Shown here piece after piece: positions 62,942 to 64,000 of a stretch of DNA of 64,000 nucleotides. The position numbers and the translations under genes are program-made. Position 1 is the first letter of the stretch. Every line of letters starts with the position of its first letter. The notes below the pieces were generated by a model. It was not told the DNA's origin. It searched no databases and saw only the letters and a program-made list of their open reading frames with translations. Source of the DNA: Pseudomonadota bacterium (GTDB lineage: Bacteria; Desulfobacterota; Desulfobulbia; Desulfobulbales; Desulfocapsaceae); NCBI GenBank assembly GCA_043826415.1, contig JBDRQE010000042.1, positions 97,037 to 161,036 of the forward strand, given 5' to 3'.

Positions 62942-63448
62942 TTACTGGATGGCTGCACGTAAGGTAAAATCAACATCCTCGGGGGTGAAACGAGCCAGCT
63001 TTCTAATCTCCCAGGGGCCAAGGTTCTCCTTAAGAAGCGTATCATCAAGACATTGAAGGGTATAGTCGCCTAATTCCGTCAGTCGAAGGACATTGGCTCT
63101 GGAAGAGATACTACCATTTGCCTCAAAGGCATCATCAAGAACGGCGAGGGAGGCAAGCTGAAGCTCCATCGGCAACAGGGAAGTAAACTGAATAATTCGC
63201 CGTCCCCAGAAAAATTTCTGTTTCTGTGACAACTCGCTCATGGTGCGCTGCCAGTCGGTCTGGGGGTCGTTAGCCGGTGGCCTCGTGGCCTCAATCTTGG
63301 CCTCAACATCTTTAATTTCAATGAGTTGTGTCTGTTTTTTCTGCTCTGCCCAATTGTAACTGACTATTAGAATCATCCCTCCAATAACCAAGCCCAAAAG
63401 TGTGGTGGCAAACGATGGATGTTTTATATAATTTTCGAGAGATTCCAT
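62942..63448 (-). CDS. Bitopic membrane protein, PilN/PilO-like alignment-complex candidate
   Basis: It has a single TM helix (TTLLGLVIGGMILIVSY) followed by a coiled coil, and AAGGA forms the SD. The cytoplasmic N-terminus lacks the INLLP-type motif. Confidence 0.45.
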   Translation of the reverse strand: MESLENYIKHPSFATTLLGLVIGGMILIVSYNWAEQKKQTQLIEIKDVEAKIEATRPPANDPQTDWQRTMSELSQKQKFFWGRRIIQFTSLLPMELQLASLAVLDDAFEANGSISSRANVLRLTELGDYTLQCLDDTLLKENLGPWEIRKLARFTPEDVDFTLRAAIQ

Positions 63449-63640
63449 GGGCTATCCTTTGAGTTTATTTCTTGGTAACTCTTCATCAAAGCAGTCTTCA
63501 CCGAAGCAGAAAAGGCTGGATCAAAATCAGATACTCGGGGCTTCGCGGCCAGTGCACCCCTCTCTATGAAAGGACATGCCCTTCATCCTGCGTAACTATC
63601 CCGCAGGTTTAATGGTACCTATCTGTTTTGTAGTATTTTT

Positions 63641-63709
63641 CGCGCGGAGGCGCAGAGACGCAGAGAAAAACTTTTCTGGTCCTTCTCAGCGTCTCTGCGT
63701 CTCAGCGCG
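63641..63709. repeat. REP-like imperfect palindrome in the pilM-pilN gap
   Basis: GAGGCGCAGAGACGCAGAGAA (63647-67) pairs with TTCTCAGCGTCTCTGCGTCTC (63683-703) at 19 of 21 positions. The loop is 15 nt and GC-rich CGCGC/GCGCG flanks extend the stem. Confidence 0.55.
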
Positions 63710-63762
63710 AGATCAGTTGTTAATCTGTAAACAAGGTGGAGAGCTACATCCTCCATTGCCAG

Positions 63763-64000
63763 CTATGCCTTTTTATGCCAGAGCATGGCGGCACCGGCCA
63801 GTATTTCAATGGCTGGACAATTCTCGGTCACGCCAATTGCCAGCTCAACATCAGCCAGGAGATTGATATGTTCAACCTTCATGGCCAATTGATCGGCCAA
63901 TACATGCTCAGGGTCCGGCACTGACGGCACACCCGGGCCGGCCAGATACAGGGTATCGACAACCTTTCCCGATTGACGGCTATAGAAGCTGATGGTCTGT
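63763..64000 (-). CDS. PilM-like (actin-like ATPase) pilus assembly protein, C-terminal fragment; the gene continues beyond the window
   Basis: My own translation from 63999 is QTISFYSRQSGKVVDTLYLAGPGVPSVPDPEHVLADQLAMKVEHINLLADVELAIG..., ending at the TAG at 63765-63763. The pattern resembles the PilM C-terminus. This ORF is not in the supplied track. Confidence 0.5.
   Translation of the reverse strand, partial: QTISFYSRQSGKVVDTLYLAGPGVPSVPDPEHVLADQLAMKVEHINLLADVELAIGVTENCPAIEILAGAAMLWHKKA

Noticed and set aside
63576-63924. Plus-strand ORFs of 96 and 62 aa.
   Set aside because: They run through the REP-like palindrome and antisense to the PilM-like C-terminus, which has the better protein-like pattern.
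1-64000. CRISPR arrays, IS elements or transposases, integrases, prophage genes, toxin-antitoxin pairs and rRNA.
   Set aside because: I scanned the ORF translations and intergenic regions. There are no regularly spaced direct repeats, no DDE or tyrosine/serine recombinase motifs, and no phage structural genes. The tRNA-Glu is not flanked by an integrase.

Overview
This 64-kb segment looks chromosomal. Its gene content fits an anaerobic, sulfate-reducer-like deltaproteobacterium (Desulfobulbales-like); that taxonomic guess is inference from gene content only. I saw no transposase, integrase, phage gene, CRISPR array or rRNA. From 0.8 to 13.9 kb, almost all on the minus strand, lie an HtrA-type protease, purC, adk, a futalosine-pathway menaquinone cluster and an rpoD-type sigma factor. 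The cluster order is mqnE, mqnC, amidohydrolase, an AT-rich acyltransferase, mqnA, a UbiX-like gene, a UbiA-like gene and a DUF3108 gene. From 14 to 28.6 kb lie malQ, an iron-sulfur flavoprotein, tRNA-Glu(CUC) and a feo locus of two feoA genes, a 58-aa Cys-rich ORF missing from the supplied track, and feoB. This region also holds a PilZ protein, RhlE, an HDOD-GAF protein, a clear cobalamin riboswitch with a terminator platform ahead of btuB and a BtuF-like gene, and a PAS-LuxR regulator. From 29.5 to 35 kb is a probable light/UV-response neighbourhood. It contains a class II photolyase stop-to-stop with a CarH/LitR-type MerR-B12 regulator that carries Y-x9-E-H instead of W-x9-E-H, plus an FKBP/methyltransferase-fragment chimera. 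The most unusual module spans 35.2 to 42 kb. It is a compact six-gene set: Roadblock, an ODP-like di-iron MBL-fold protein, a tandem HD-GYP/PAS/GAF histidine kinase, a REC-DUF4388 protein, a ParA-like ATPase with RGG in place of KGG, and a second Roadblock-like protein. A C10 homopolymer sits at the kinase start. From 42 to 55 kb lie mscL, a methyltransferase, more c-di-GMP and two-component proteins, and an hcp locus with an FNR/CRP-type box, a small siroheme-type reductase and a Cys-rich protein. From 55.2 to 64 kb is a type IV pilus-like cluster: pilin, a CsgG/LpoB-like lipoprotein, platform protein, ATPase, secretin, a fused PilO-PilP-like protein, a PilN-like protein, a REP-like hairpin and a partial pilM. 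All functional calls rest on motifs read by eye, and no database search was possible.
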